This document shows, in pieces, positions 47,536-61,400 of a DNA stretch of 64,000 nt. The first letter of the stretch is position 1. Every line of letters begins with the position of its first letter. A program made the position numbers and the translations under genes. Under the pieces are notes generated by a model that was not told the origin of the DNA, did no database searches, and worked only from the letters and a program-made list of their open reading frames with translations. Source of the stretch: Camelus dromedarius (Eukaryota); the NCBI RefSeq assembly GCF_036321535.1, contig NC_087472.1, forward strand, positions 99,016,001 to 99,080,000, written 5' to 3'.

Positions 47536-48549
47536 CTGAAGTGAAACTGGACAAATGGTTGTTATGTGATAAGACTCATACTAGGTATAAAAAAGCACAA
47601 AGAGTGACCTGTAGTCTGCATCTGAATATAAAAAGAAAACAAAACCACAAAATGCAACCTGTTCTCCTTCTGACAATTTGTTCAATTTGGTTTAATATTT
47701 TAGGCAACTTTCAGATTAAAAATGATGAGACTGTTTTGTGTTCACATTATCCTGGGCATGTAATACAGATGCAGTCACTTCTTTGTTTTGTACTCCTGGG
47801 CCTAGCTTTTCAGCTTCTGTTTTCAGTATTTAGTCCTTTAAAACAAAAGAAGAAAAGCGAACAGAAAATTCCCAAGCAGCTTCCTATCTTACTAGTAGGT
47901 CTTATCATGAAATATACCACTTTTGATGGATTTTGCATTAAAAATACATGGAACATGCCCTTCCAATGCTTTTCTTCACAATTCTGGAATTTGACTTAGA
48001 TCTAAAATAAATGATATGATGAGTTGTTCTGGGAATCACTATTCAATAGGACTTTGTTGTAAAATAACATCTACAGACAAAAATAACAACAAAAATCTTC
48101 GATTTCCTTCAAAAGGAGGCTACATATATGGGGCATGATTCATCTGAAGTCTGTTTTTTAACCAGATGTAGTCTAATCTCAGTAGGGTCTAGGTTAGGCC
48201 TGTGGCTTAATTCAGGGGTAGTTTTACTGTTATTCACATTACACAGACTTAGTGAAGAAGTCTCTTATTCTTCCTTTGAAGCAAATTTAAAACAAACATC
48301 ACAACTCATTGCTATTAATATCATGATCAAAAGTGATGGTAATGATCCATTCAGCCTCCTGCTGTCCTAGCTGAAAAAGAAAATTTTAAAATAACTGGTC
48401 AATAAAAAAACTGGAGTATGATTCATATATTGGATGTTGCAGTAGAACCCTGAGATTTTGATAACAGTCTTTCTATATCTGTTGTATCTATACCTGTCTC
48501 ATCTCTACCTACATCTCTCTATATTTTAATATATATTATATGTATGTAT

Positions 48550-50100
48550 TTTAAAATTTTAGTCTTTCTGCTCTTCTGGCTTGGAAGTTATATATTTTAT
48601 ACAATTTATCTCCATTCCTTAAAATTTTAACATGCATTATTAACAAAGACTAAACTTAATATCTCACTCTGTAAAATGAACATTTTAATTCCATTCAACC
48701 CTTATCTTACATGTCCTTAGGAATTCATGCCTTTAAGAAAATTCCTTTATATTTGTTTTACTGGAGTTTCAGGTATCTGTAGAAATAAATAAGAGTGTTG
48801 AATTTAGGCAAGTTAGGATGTGTTCACCTTAAGGTTACCGTTATTTGGTGATTTTTTTAGCCCCACGTCTTCTAGTTCTTTGCTCACCTTTCTTTCTTGT
48901 ATTCAATCCTTACTTTGGGTACATTATCCTTCTTCTTAAAGCATGCACTTTAGAAGTTCTTTTAATGAAGTTTCATTGGTATACTCAGTTTTTGTCTGAA
49001 AAAATATTTATTTCATCTTTATTCTTGAATAATAATGTATTATATATTGCAATTCTAGGTTGACAGTTATTTTTCTCTCAACATACAGAAAATATTAATC
49101 CACTGTTGTTATTGAGAAATATGTTAGATCTTATTCTATTCTCCATGTCTCTTAATCTGTTTTATATTTGCTATGTCTACATCTCTATGCTGAAATCACA
49201 ATAATTTTTTTGTATTTCTTTTCAGCTAAATCTGTTCTTCTGTTAAATCATCTATTTATTGAATTTTGTTTATTTCTGTAACTATATTTTTGTTACTAGA
49301 AGTTCTATTTAGGTTTTAAAAATGTGGAAATATTTTATACTGGGTCATATTATTCCTTCTGTTTTCTTGTTCTATAATCACTTTAAGTGTACTTATTTTG
49401 TGGCATGTAGACAATAATTCTATCATCTGAATTTCTGAAGGTTAAATTCTGATTCTTTTTCATGGTAGGTTTTCTCCTCCATGTGTTTTCTAACTTTGGA
49501 TTATGGGCTCAAATCTGATTGGTTTTTATCCAAGAGAGTACAACCCTTCTTAAAAGGTTTGAATGTGCTTCTACCAGGCAAACTCAGGACCACCTTATTA
49601 ATTCTTAAATTGATTTAGGGCTTCCTGAAATATGTAAGTTGTGTAAATTTGAGCCCCATATCTGCAAGAAGCAAGCTTATGGTTTCAAATTCTCAGGGAA
49701 GAGGGTTTTAAAGTTTGTTAGTATTTTTGGTTTTGTTCTGTTTTGTTTTTTGTATCCAGATCTCAGGTCAGCTTATCACTGCAAACAAATTTCTATATCA
49801 TCTTCTTTTGCTGGTAGATTCTTTTTTCTGTCTCACACTTTCTTTGACTATGTACCCCTGTAAGGAATTATTGAGGAATCTCAATTCAGATTCTGAATCT
49901 TGCTCCTTAGTTGGCCAAAGACAGTTTCCCACTATGGTTTTTGGCTCTCATTGTTTGTCTGGAGATTTCCTTACTTGCTTGTGGGCTTAACCATGAATTT
50001 AAAATAATGTTTCTCCAGGCTGTCAGTATGCTATATATCGGAGGGCTTTTTTATTTCACCAAGATAGCTGCTCTGCTGCATTGCCAGAAGTAGAAGTCAT
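48550..50100 (-). mobile_element. Old L1ME/HAL1-type 5' region and ORF1 remnant
   Basis: TATTCTTGAATAATAAT...AATTCTAGGTTGACAGTTATTTTTCTCTCAACA (antisense ORF1); ends GCCAGAAGTAGAAGTC, resembling an antisense L1M/HAL1 5' terminus. Confidence 0.7.
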
Positions 50101-50229
50101 AGTGTATCTTTAAGATACAAGAAGATGAGAGAATCGGTTACATAGATGGGAAGACTTTGAAGTTAGGGGATTGGATGGGATCCAGAAGATAGGTTGTTTG
50201 GGAAGGAAGAAAATGATGGATGCTTAGAA

Positions 50230-50643
50230 AACATCAGACAAACTCAAATTGGGGGACTTTCTGCAATATAGCTAGCCTATACTCTTTAAAAATATTCAGT
50301 CAAGAAACACAAAGACTGAAGATCTATATAACAGATTGAAGGAAATTAGAGGTATGATAGTTAAATGTAAGGCATGATCCTGGATTGGGATCCTATACTG
50401 GAAAAAAATTGCTATAAAGGACATTATTGGAACAATTGATGATATTTGGATATGGACTGTGGATTAAATAATATTATATTAATATTGAATGTCTTGCTTT
50501 TGGTAACTATAGTGTGATTATAGAAGAGAAGGTACTTGTTCTTAGAAGACATACAGTGAAGTATGTAGGGGGAAAAGGGCACAATGTCTCCAACTTACTA
50601 TTAAATGATTCAGAAAATATTATGTGTGTGTGTCTTATACACA

Positions 50644-50698
<55 letters not shown>

Positions 50699-50820
50699 TA
50701 TAAAGCAAATGGCCTAAGTGTAAACAATTGTGAGTCTGGACAAAGGGTATATGGAAATTCCTTGTACTATTCTTGTAACTTTTCTCGAAGCTTGAAAAGA
50801 TATCAAAATAAAAAAAAAAA
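50230..50820 (+). mobile_element. L1MC-type 3' UTR
   Basis: CATCAGACAAACTCAAATTGGGGGAC...CATGATCCTGGATTGGGATCC...GTACTATTCTTGTAACTTTTCT. Confidence 0.85.
50646..50693. repeat. (AC)24 microsatellite
   Basis: Uninterrupted dinucleotide run. Confidence 0.98.
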
Positions 50821-51810
50821 TTTAAATGAGGAAGTTCTGAGGAAGCACTTTAGGGAATGCTTACATTTAGGAGAAGAGAGAAGGAAAATGAGCAGGTGAA
50901 GGAGGCAAAGAAGAGCAAGTTATTGATGTAGGAGGATGACTAAGTAAGCATAGTCAACCAAACTGAGGAGGACGTTTCACTTTGTCCAGGACAACGTCTA
51001 CTCTCTGTGTACCTGCACTTGGGTTCACAGATACATCAGAAAATATTTCAGAACAAAGGGATTCTTCATGTCCCTGCAAACAAATGATGCAGACATTTTG
51101 TGAGTTACCTCAACTAAGTGGTGTTATGATTCATTTGGCAAATATAACATCCTCACTTTTTTAATAACTTCTGCTTTTGCCACATTAAATTAATATCTTT
51201 GGAATAGCTATAGTCTGAACAACAAGAGCTGACATTTCTTCTTTCAAAAGCATTGAATAGACCTATACTTTTCACCCAGAATAGTTTGTGATTATTGTGG
51301 AAATTTTATAATTACATTCTATTAATGAGAATTATCCTTTCCCTTATAAGATTTGAGGTTTTCAAATTTAAGGCATGGTTTCCATATCAAACTTTAGGTT
51401 GAGTTATGCTAAAATTGTGAAATATATAATTTTATTTGATGATATCATGCATCAGCTATTTTATATCACTCTGTAGCTATTACTTTAGTATCCTTGGTGA
51501 AAAGGCAACAATTCTGCTGAACAATTGGGGGAGAAATGATCATGCTTTCTTTCTTTAGTATTATAATTAAGATGTTTAAATAACCAGCACTCCCTGCTGC
51601 TTTAGAGATGGTTGGGAAAGTTGGGGGAGGGAAGACTTGATTGAATTCTGCCTTTGAAGAAAAAATGCTCACTTAGACCTTAAAAAAAGTCCTCACAAAT
51701 CTTTAGGAATTTAAACATAAAATTAGCCACCAAGGTTATATAAGTGCTATATGTCAATTATTTATCTGTAAAATGATCTTGTATGTTTAAAGTTAGTTAA
51801 CTCTTTAGCT

Positions 51811-52030
51811 CAGATGTTGGCCTACTTTTTGTGTAGAGTCATATAGTAAATATTTTGGCTTTGCAGGCCATGAAGTCTTAGTTGCAACTGGTCAGTTCTA
51901 CTTTTGTAATATGAAAGCAACCATAGATACTATGTAAATGAATGGGAATGGCCATATTCCAATCAACTTTCTTTACAAAAGCAGGCAGTGGGCTAGATCT
52001 GTCCCTTGAGCCAAAGTTTGCCATTCTCTG
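51811..52030 (+). mobile_element. MER58A hAT-Charlie element
   Basis: ATAGTAAATATTTTGGCTTTGCAGGCCAT...GAAAGCAACCATAGATACTATGTAAATGAATGGG; 8-bp TSD CTTTAGCT/CTTTAACT. Confidence 0.92.
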
Positions 52031-52449
52031 CTTTAACTTACAGTTATTTCACGTTGGGTTTTGCCAGCCTTATCTTAAGGGAAATTCATTGCATGAAAGG
52101 GAATAATTCACAAAAAGTTTTCATTTTGGAGAAAATTTCACTGGTTACTCATATTCTCCCAGTATTGTGTGTCAAGGGCAGAAATCAGGAGAACCAACTG
52201 TCAAAACTCAAGCAATAAAAACAACCTATCTGATAATTAAGAAAACCAAGACAAAACAAAGTTCAAAACAAAGGAAAACCAAAAATCTAGTTTCTGTTAA
52301 AAAACAAAAGAAGATGGTCTCATTTTGCTATGTCTTCTAACTGCTCCGCCAGTTTCCATGCCCTTCCTTTACCTGCAATTAGGGGTGAAGGGTATAATGA
52401 AGTCAGTCCTTGGGCTCCAAATTATTTTTGGATTGAGGAGGTTTATTAT

Positions 52450-52480
52450 TGAATGAATGAATGAATGAATGAATGAATGA
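52450..52480. repeat. (TGAA)7 microsatellite, possibly derived from an L2 tail
   Basis: TGAATGAATGAATGAATGAATGAATGAATGA. Confidence 0.95.
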
Positions 52481-52999
52481 GTCAGTCTATGTCTTTGGTA
52501 GTGCATCTTCCAACTCAAGTTCCTTTCATAAGAGTTTGACATTCAGCCAAATTATACATAAGCTTCTTCATTTGGATAGTATCTTTAACTAGCATGACTA
52601 TCGGGTCTAATTTGTTTTGTATAGGAGGACCGCTGTGTTAACATCATTCCCCACATTATACTCTTACTGAGCAGCATGCTTTGATGAGTATTAGGCATAT
52701 TTCAATTATCCCAGCAATAGCTTGCAGTTCAAGTAAATGAAATCATAAATGCATTCTTTTACAGTTTAATTTAAAACATTAGCCTGAAAGTATTCATTAT
52801 CTATAAGGAATTTGTTGACTTACTATTAAGACTATTTTCCAATCCTTTTATCATTTATCAAGTACTTTTCATGTACATTATCTCAATTGATCCCAATAAC
52901 AACTTTGTTGGATGTGCCACCTTAAGATATTTTTATTTTTTTGAACAAGTGTTGGGAAAAAACACATGCTTGCATTCCTATATACATCATGTTTAAGAA

Positions 53000-53130
53000 A
53001 TGAAACTATAAGCTCTGTTTAGACAGGGACAATGTCTTATTCACTGCTGTATCCCCATCATCTAGTATAACTACTGGCATGTAATAGGCACTCTGTAAAT
53101 ATTTGCTGCATTAATAAATTAGTGGATGAG
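53000..53130 (+). mobile_element. L2 3' end, lying among MIR fragments at ~52850-52910, ~53150-53240 and ~53250-53315
   Basis: GACAGGGACAATGTCTTATTCACTGCTGTATCCCCATCATCTAG...CTGGCATGTAATAGGCACTCTGTAAATATTTGCTG. Confidence 0.8.
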
Positions 53131-56100
53131 ATAGTAAGATACTTATTAAAGTTTCTACTATAGAGATGAGAAAACAAAAATTCAGAGATGTTCAGTGGTA
53201 TGCTTAAGGGTGAATGGCTGGCTAAATGGAAATAGAACTGGCATACAGAAAATAAAATAATGTATATAAATTGGTTAGCACAATGCCTAAGGCATAATAG
53301 GTGATCAATAAGTGTATCTTGTTTATATTCTATGCATATATTCAAACACTTTAGTGTTCTTTCCTCTAAACTGAATCATAGTAACGGTAGATATGATAGT
53401 CATAGAAAATAATTTAACATTTCAAATAAATTAACTCTTGCCTATTAAATAGCATCTACTGAAGTGTAAATATATCCCAAAAGGCTAAATAATTTCTCTT
53501 TTCTTCATTTTCACATATTATCATTGAGTTGATTTGAAACCCAAAGAAAACTTGAATTTGATGCAAGAGCATAAAACTCCAGCCATCATCTATTCACCAT
53601 ACACTAATCTGCCTGTGTCAAAAAGGGAAACTTCCATCTAGCCCCCTGAAATCTATACAGGCTATTGTTCTCTTTTGCAAATCTGAGCCATTTACTCTGT
53701 AAATTACCAAGAATTGCAAACAAAAGCCCAGAAATAGGTCTGTGCAGATTCACACCAGTCAGGCAGCTCTGTAAACAGTCAGCTTTGCCTGAGTCCTATT
53801 TTAAATACCTTCATTATTAACAATGTCATGTCATCCTTAGAGCTGATTACCATGCAGTGAGCCCCCCAAAATAAGATTTGAACATTTCAAAAAAGGCACT
53901 ACAGCTTTTACAGAGATGATTTAGCCATGTTGCTGCTAAAAGCAAGCCATCTATTGATACAAATGCACATTTTACTTTCATATGGCTGCTATTTGCAGGG
54001 TGTCACATTTTGGTAAGGGCAGGGAGTTGTCAGTTTTTCAAATAAGACTCATATTTGTTTTTTTAAGCACAGATGAATTTTTCTTATATTAACTTCTTAA
54101 AGACTTTGTAGGGAAGTCTTTAGAAGAAGTGTTTTTTATTTTATTACCAGATGATTGTTTTACTAAACGATTTTTAAAGAGTGATGTCTAGAATGAACTT
54201 TTCTGACATCCTCCTTAATCCAAAGTCTTTTCTCCAGAATTCTACTTTTTCCACAAATATTGAAAAGAACACTCTACTTTGCCTGCCTTTAACCAGCAGA
54301 TTAATGTTTTAGAGAACAGTTTGAGAAAGATACTTATGATGAGAATAGCTAGAAGATGAAGTCAATGTCAAATCAAATGGATTTGCCAAAGGTCACTCAG
54401 CCAAATTTGAATTCATGTTCCTCTCTGCCTCCAGTGCCTCTGCTCTTTTCACTATAGCAGGCTGGGAAAGATGAAAAATTTGCCCCTCCAAAAATCCATG
54501 AAGAAAATCACTAGTGATTAGGAGCTAATGGAGACTATTAAAAAAATCCAAAAATATGTACATCTACATCCTCAAAGAATAGGCAGCTCTAAGTCCAATA
54601 AGTCTTGAATAAAGTATATATTATAATCAACAATGTAGACAATATATGCAACTGAAAGATAAGAAGTATTAACAGCTACAGAAACTTACTTTTTTTCTCA
54701 CCTGATTTACAGAAAGATATGCTGAGTGATTATACGTCCAGATAATTAAAGATGAACTGCAGTTATTAACATTTGAAGAGAATTTTGAAAAGTAAGCTTA
54801 GTGTTCTGAGTTTTCTAGACTTCAGAAATTATCCCTCTCTTGACTATCTGAGTAGGATTTCTGCCTAAAACCTTTTTCTCTTCCAGTGGGTTCTGAGGAC
54901 GACCCAAAAAAACAATAGTGGTTGTTACTTGTCAGTTGTCCCTTAGGAGTACAGCTGCAACTTGGTCTCCAATCATGTCTAGACATTTTGATGACATTTC
55001 CCCAAACATTTCCAGGCTCCCCACCCCAAACCTGGGCACAACTTTCTCCAGTTCCCTAAGCATCACAAACACAGAGTGACTCCAAATTAATGAAGATTTC
55101 AGGATGTTCTTAGTGAACTGCAATACAGAAAAAAAAGAAAACATAATTGATTATCAAACCCCAGTGACCCTAGAGTCCCATTGCAGGGAACCCTCTACTG
55201 CCTACCTTTCCTAGACCCCAGGCTGCAAGCTCCGTCTCTGGGCTTCTCCCATATTCTCTCTAAAGTCTCAGTGACAAATCAGCCAGTACCCTCCAGAACA
55301 TTTTTTAAAAATTCCTAAATATTAATAATTTCTCTGCAGCACTGAGACTGCCTTTTATATTACTAAACTAAGAATTTAATATTCCAGCCTGAAGTAATGG
55401 CATTTGGCTTACTTTACTGGAACTATTTGCCTTTTACAGGTAAAGGCCTTTTAAAGGCCTTTAAAGCAAGGCCTTTCCAGAATGCAGAAGATTTGCAATC
55501 AAGTGATTTGACATCTATATTTGAAACTGCTAGAACTTCCAATGCAGCAATTTTCTCTTAAAGAAATTTGACGTTCCATATCATTGTCCATTCTGCTACA
55601 AACATATCAGGGATAAATTGATTAATTTATATACTACCAACCAGAATTCACCATGGTTTTAGAAAAAGTAGAAGACTTCATACTTAAAGTTTTATACTCT
55701 ATATAATTCCTTATGAGTAATATGAAGGTAGGTATGCCTACCTTGAAAAGAAAAGAAAAATTAGTCTGGGGTTGTTTAACATCTCATAAATTGCTACTTT
55801 TCTAAATGAAATACATTTAAATATTATTTTAACTAAGTTCTGTCAAATTGTTTAGATGGACAAGTAGTTGAAATGTAGGGTAAAAGGAAGAACACATTTC
55901 TCAATTTCAACTTTGAAATATCCATTTGGGCCTTGAGTCATCAAATCACTGGTTCTCCAAAAGGAATACCAGCAGGTTAAAGATAAAGAATGTGTCACTA
56001 TGCACACTCTTCCTGGAAAATACTGTTCACCCTATGACTTTCCCTAGTGTCTACATACATATGAATCCAACCTACCTATCTTTATCCACTTCATATTTCT

Positions 56101-56434
56101 TTTTCAGATTTTTAGAACACTTGATTACAAAATAACTCTACTTGAATATATTTCAGGTATCTCAAATTTAGTGTTTTCTACTCCTTAAAACTATATTGAC
56201 CATAGAGTTATATATTTTAACATCCCTTTCAATTCTCAGTTACTGAAGCAAAAAGTCTATTTGTCTCTTCATTCTTTAACCACATCCCACCCCCACCCAC
56301 CTCCACACACATCCACTCAATGATCAAAGCTGGGCCATATTACTTCCTTATTATTTCTTACATTTGTCTGCTTTTCTCTTTCACCATGTGCTCCTCAACA
56401 TTAGCTGCACATTGGGAATGCCTGGAAAGCCCTA

Positions 56435-57969
56435 AAATTTGCAGGACTTTTGTTACTGATCAAGATGGGTTAACAGGGATTGGATTTACTATCCTGCCTG
56501 AAAGATAAACAACAGATTCAAGAAGCTAAGCAAACTCCATGCACAAGAACCATGAACACCAAGAAACACCAAGGCATATCATAATCAAATCATTTAAAAC
56601 CATTTATAAAAAGAAAATCTTCAAAGCAGCCCAAGAAAAAAATGATATGTTACATAGATAATAACAAAGATAAGAATGATAATAGACTTCTTGTTAAAAA
56701 TAATGTGAACCAGAAGACAGTGGAGTGACACATTTAAAGTACTGAAAGGGGGAAAAATGAAACTGTCAACCTAAAATCCTACTTTCAGTGAAAATATTTT
56801 TCAAAAGTGAAGGTGAGATAAAGACTTTTTCAGACATGTAAAATCATTCATCCATAGCAGGACTGGGCTCTGAAAGATGTTAAAGGAAGTACTTCAGACA
56901 GAAGAAAAATGATATTAGATGAAATCTGAATCTACAAAAAGTGATGAAAAGCCCTAGGAATAGCAACTGTCTAAGAATATATAAAATGTTTTTCTCATTA
57001 TTTAACTACATGGAAAGATAATTGATGATTTAAAGCAAAAATTATAACACTGTATTTTATAGTTTAAAATAAAATAATGGAGGAGAAGGAGGAGAGAATT
57101 GATAAACTTAAAAACTGAACAATAGAAATTACCCAATCTGAACAAGATAGAGAAAATAAACTGAAAAGAAAATGAACAGAGCTTCAGGGACTTGTGGGGC
57201 TACAACAAAAAATCTAACATTCTTGTCATCAAAGTCTTATTTAGGACAGAAGAAAAAGAGCAAAGTTTGTAAAGTATTCAAGAAATTGTGATTGAAGCTT
57301 TCCTAAAGTTGGCAAAAGGGAACAAGCCCTACGGATTCAAGAAGCTGAGTGAACCTGGAACACATTTCTCGAAGAAATCCACAAGATGCATCATAATAAA
57401 ACACTGGACAAATAAAGACAAATAAAATCTTGAAAACAGCCAGAAAAAACCAGTACATTGCTTATAGGGGACAAACAATTTGAATACAGCAGACTTCTTA
57501 TCAGAAACCATGGAAACTAGAATAAAATAGCATATTTTCCAAGTGCTGAAAGAAAAGAATTCTCAACCTAGCATCCTACATCCAATGAAAATACCTTAGA
57601 AATGGAGATGAAAGTGAAATCAAGATGAAGGAAACTAAAAGAATTTGTTACCTGTGGACTAACCCAAAAAGAATGTTAAGGGTATTTTTCTAAACAGAAA
57701 AGAAATGGTAAAAGAAGACATCTTGGACATTAGAAGAAAATAGAACAATGAAAAGAGTGAAAATATAGATTGACTCAATAGATTCTCCTTCTCTTAAGTT
57801 TTAAAAATTTTGTTTGATGGTTGCAAAAAAATTGTAACATGGTCTGATATGGTTATCGATGTAAGTAGAGAAGATATTTAAGATATTATATTATAAATGA
57901 AGATAGAGGAATGTAAAGGGAGGGAAAGTCTCTACACTTTACTCAAACTAGTGAAATTTTGGCAACAGT
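56435..57969 (+). mobile_element. Two tandem decayed L1M-type 5'/ORF1 segments
   Basis: The ORF1 motif ACAGATTCAAGAAGCTAAG/ACGGATTCAAGAAGCTGAG occurs twice (~56512 and ~57331), each followed by ORF1 C-terminal sequence. Confidence 0.8.
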
Positions 57970-58405
57970 TGTTCTAGTCTGCTTGGGCTGCTTTAACAAA
58001 ATATCACAGACTAGGTGGTTTACAACAGAAATTTATTTTCTCACAATTCTGGTGACTAGAAGTCTATGATCACGGTGTCACCATGGTCAGTTTTTGGTGA
58101 GACCTTTCTGGCTGGTAGCTGGCCACCTAAACCCTGTGTGCCCAACGGACCTCTTCTTTTTGCAGAGAAAGAGAGAAACGGGGTGGGGGTGGGGAGGGCA
58201 GCACAGAGAGAAGGAGAGGAGAGCACGTGAGTATGCTCTCCGATGTCTCTTCTTACAAGGATACTGATCCTATCAGATCAGGGTCCTACTCCTAAGAAAT
58301 CATTTAACCTTACTTCCTTAAGGGCTCTGTCTCCAAATACAGTCACATTCAGTGTTAGGGTTCAGCATATGAATTTGAGGGGGACAGAGCATTCAGTCCA
58401 TAAAG
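57970..58405 (-). mobile_element. MaLR solo LTR (MLT1A-type) inserted in L1
   Basis: TAGTCTGCTTGGGCTGCTTTAACAAAATATCACAGACTAGGTGG...CATATGAATTTGAGGGGGACAGAGCATTCAGTCCATA. Confidence 0.9.
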
Positions 58406-58439
58406 GCATAGGACTGATTTTAGATGACTGGCTGGCTGG

Positions 58440-61400
58440 AGAGACAGAAAGAGAGAAAGAAGGACCTAAAACAACTAGTAAAAAAGCTATACAAAGAGAT
58501 ACACTAAAAACACTATAGATAGGTAGAAATGAAATTTTAAAACATATTCAAGTAACCCACAGAAGGGCAGCAAAAAGAAAACAGAGAAACTGTAAAACAG
58601 AGAGAACAAACAAAAAATAAATAGCAGATTGGGGCCCTAACATGCCAACAGTTACATTAATTGTAATTGATCTAAATATATCAATTGAAAAACAGAGATT
58701 GCTTAAAATCTTAACAATGGCTTAAAAAAAGACCAAGTTATATGCCATGTATAAATGATTAAGTAAGTTGAAAGTAAAATGATGGAAAAATATACAATGC
58801 AAATAATAATCAAAAGAAAGTACAAGTGACTTTAATATTAATTAAAGTAGACCTCAGAGCAAAGACAGTTATTAGGGACAGAGAGGGATATTACATAATG
58901 ATAATAAGTCAATCCACCAAGACACAGTAATCTTAAATGTGTATGCAAATAAGAGAACATCAAAATGTGTGAAGCAGAAACTTACAGAATTGATAGGGGA
59001 AATAGACAAATTCACAGCAGTAACTGGATACTTCAACACTCCTGTCTCAAAAACTGAGAGACCAACTAGGGAGAAAAATCAAGAAGGTTCTAAAAGAACT
59101 CAGCAACACCATTAACCAACAAAATCTCATTGGCATTTATGGAATGCTCCATCCAATCAATAATAGCTGAATATATATTCTTTTCAAGAGCCTATGGAAT
59201 ATGTACCAAGATATAATATATTCTGGTCTGTGAAACAAGCCTCAAAACATTTTGGATTTAAACCATATAGAGTGCATTCTTTTACCACAATAGAATCAAA
59301 CTAGAAATCAGAAAGAACAGGAAAATCTCCAGATATTTGGAAACTAAATAGCATATTTCTAAATAATCCGTGGATCAAAAAAGAAAATCTCAAGGGAGAT
59401 TAAAAAAATACATTGGAGTGAATGGAAATAAAAATACAGCATATCAAAATTTGTGAAATGCTGCTACCATAGCATTGACAGGGAAATTTATAGCACTGAA
59501 TGTTTACATTAGAAAAGAGGAAACATCTCAAATCAATAATCTAAGCTACTACTTCAAGAAACTTGAAAAAATAAAACAAGTAGAAAGAAAGAGATAATAA
59601 AGATAAAAGCAGAAATCAATGAAATTGAAATCATGAAAATAATAAATAAAAACAATGAAACAAAAAATGAATTCTTTGAAAAGATCAATACAATTGACAA
59701 ACCTCTAGAAATACTGACAAGAATATATAAATTAGTAACATCAGAAATGTACATCAAAAGGATAATAAGGAGCTACTATAAAAAACATCATCCATGTTAA
59801 TTTGACAGTTTAGATTAAATGGACCAATTCTTTGAACAGTTCAAACTACCACAGTTCACCCCATATAAAATAGACTATTTGATTACAACTATAAAGGAAA
59901 TGGAATTCATAATTTAAAATTCCCCAAGAAGAAATCTCCACAGGACGATTCTAAATTCATTTTATGAATCCAGTAATAACCGGATGCTAGAATCAGACAA
60001 AAGACAGTTCCCCCCAACAAAGAAAACCTGCTACAAACCAATATTCCCCGTGAATATTCTTTCTTATTCTTAAAATATTAAAGTGTAGTATATTTATCAA
60101 CACATAAAAAGAATTATAGACCATGAACAAGTGGAGTTTATGCCAGGGATGCATGGCTGATTCAATGGTCAAAAATCAATCAGTGAAATTTATCATACCA
60201 ACAAGTTAACGAGAAAAATAAAAATCACACAATCATATCAGCTGCGGAAAAAGCATTTGACAAAATTCAACATTCATTTGGGATAAAAACTTTCAGAAAA
60301 CTAGTTATAGAAAAGAACTTCCTCAATTTTATAAAGATAATCTACAACAAAAGAAAAACAACCTACAACTAATATTATACTTAATTTTGAGAGACTGAAC
60401 AATTTTGCTCTAAGATGAGGAACAAGGCAAGGATGTTTTGTCTCACCACTGCTATTTAACTTGGGACTAGAAGTTTTAGCCAGTACAATAAAGCAAGAAA
60501 ACAAAATAAATGTCATAAAGATCTGAAAGAAATAAATAAAATTATACTTAATTGTAGATAGCTTAATAGTTTGCATAGAAAATCCCAAGGAATCTACAAA
60601 AAAACCTAGTCATAGAATATAAGAGCAATGTATGTTAATTGTATTTCTATAAACTACCAATGAACTGTGAAAACCAAAATAACAATAACAAAAACCACAC
60701 ACACAACACTATTTATAATTTCCATAAGGGAAAGGAAATACATGGGTGTAAATTTTAAAAATGTGTACAGGACTTGTATGCTGAACTATAAAATGCTGAT
60801 GAAAGAAATCAGAGATCTAAATAAATAGAGAAACATACTATTTTCATAATTTGGCACACTCAAAATAGAAAGGGAAAAAAGTCATTTCCTCCCAGATTGG
60901 TATACAGGTGTATCACACTTCTATCAAAATCCCAGCATGATATTTCTTGTATATATAAACAAGAGTATTCTAAAATTCATATGGAAAGACCAAGAGACTA
61001 GACTAGCTATTTTTTTTAAAAGAAGAATAAAGTGCAAGTTATCAGTCTACTGTATTCCAAGAATTATTACCTGGTAGCAGTCAACAAGACAAGGTTGATA
61101 TTGGTAAAGGGATAGACACACTGATCAATGGAACAGAATATTAAAACCAGAAATAGTGCACACAGCTACAGCCAACTGATTTTTTTCAAAGTTGTAAAGA
61201 AATTCAATGCAGGAAGGATAGTCTTATCAACAAAAAATGCTAAAGTAACTGAATATTCATAGACAAAAAAGGGAACCTTGACCTAAACCTTATACCTTAT
61301 ACAAAAAATAACTCGAAATGGATCATAGATTTAAATATAAAACCTAAAACTATAAAACCTTTAGAATGTAACATAGGAGAAAATCTTTGAGATCTGAGGT

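Noticed and set aside
46815..47999. Longest non-repeat ORFs (139 aa and 152 aa)
   Set aside because: No recognisable domain or protein-like composition; the 152-aa ORF starts at GTG; lengths are compatible with chance.
50507..50899. CVCV/THTH-rich ORFs
   Set aside because: Translations of the CA microsatellite.
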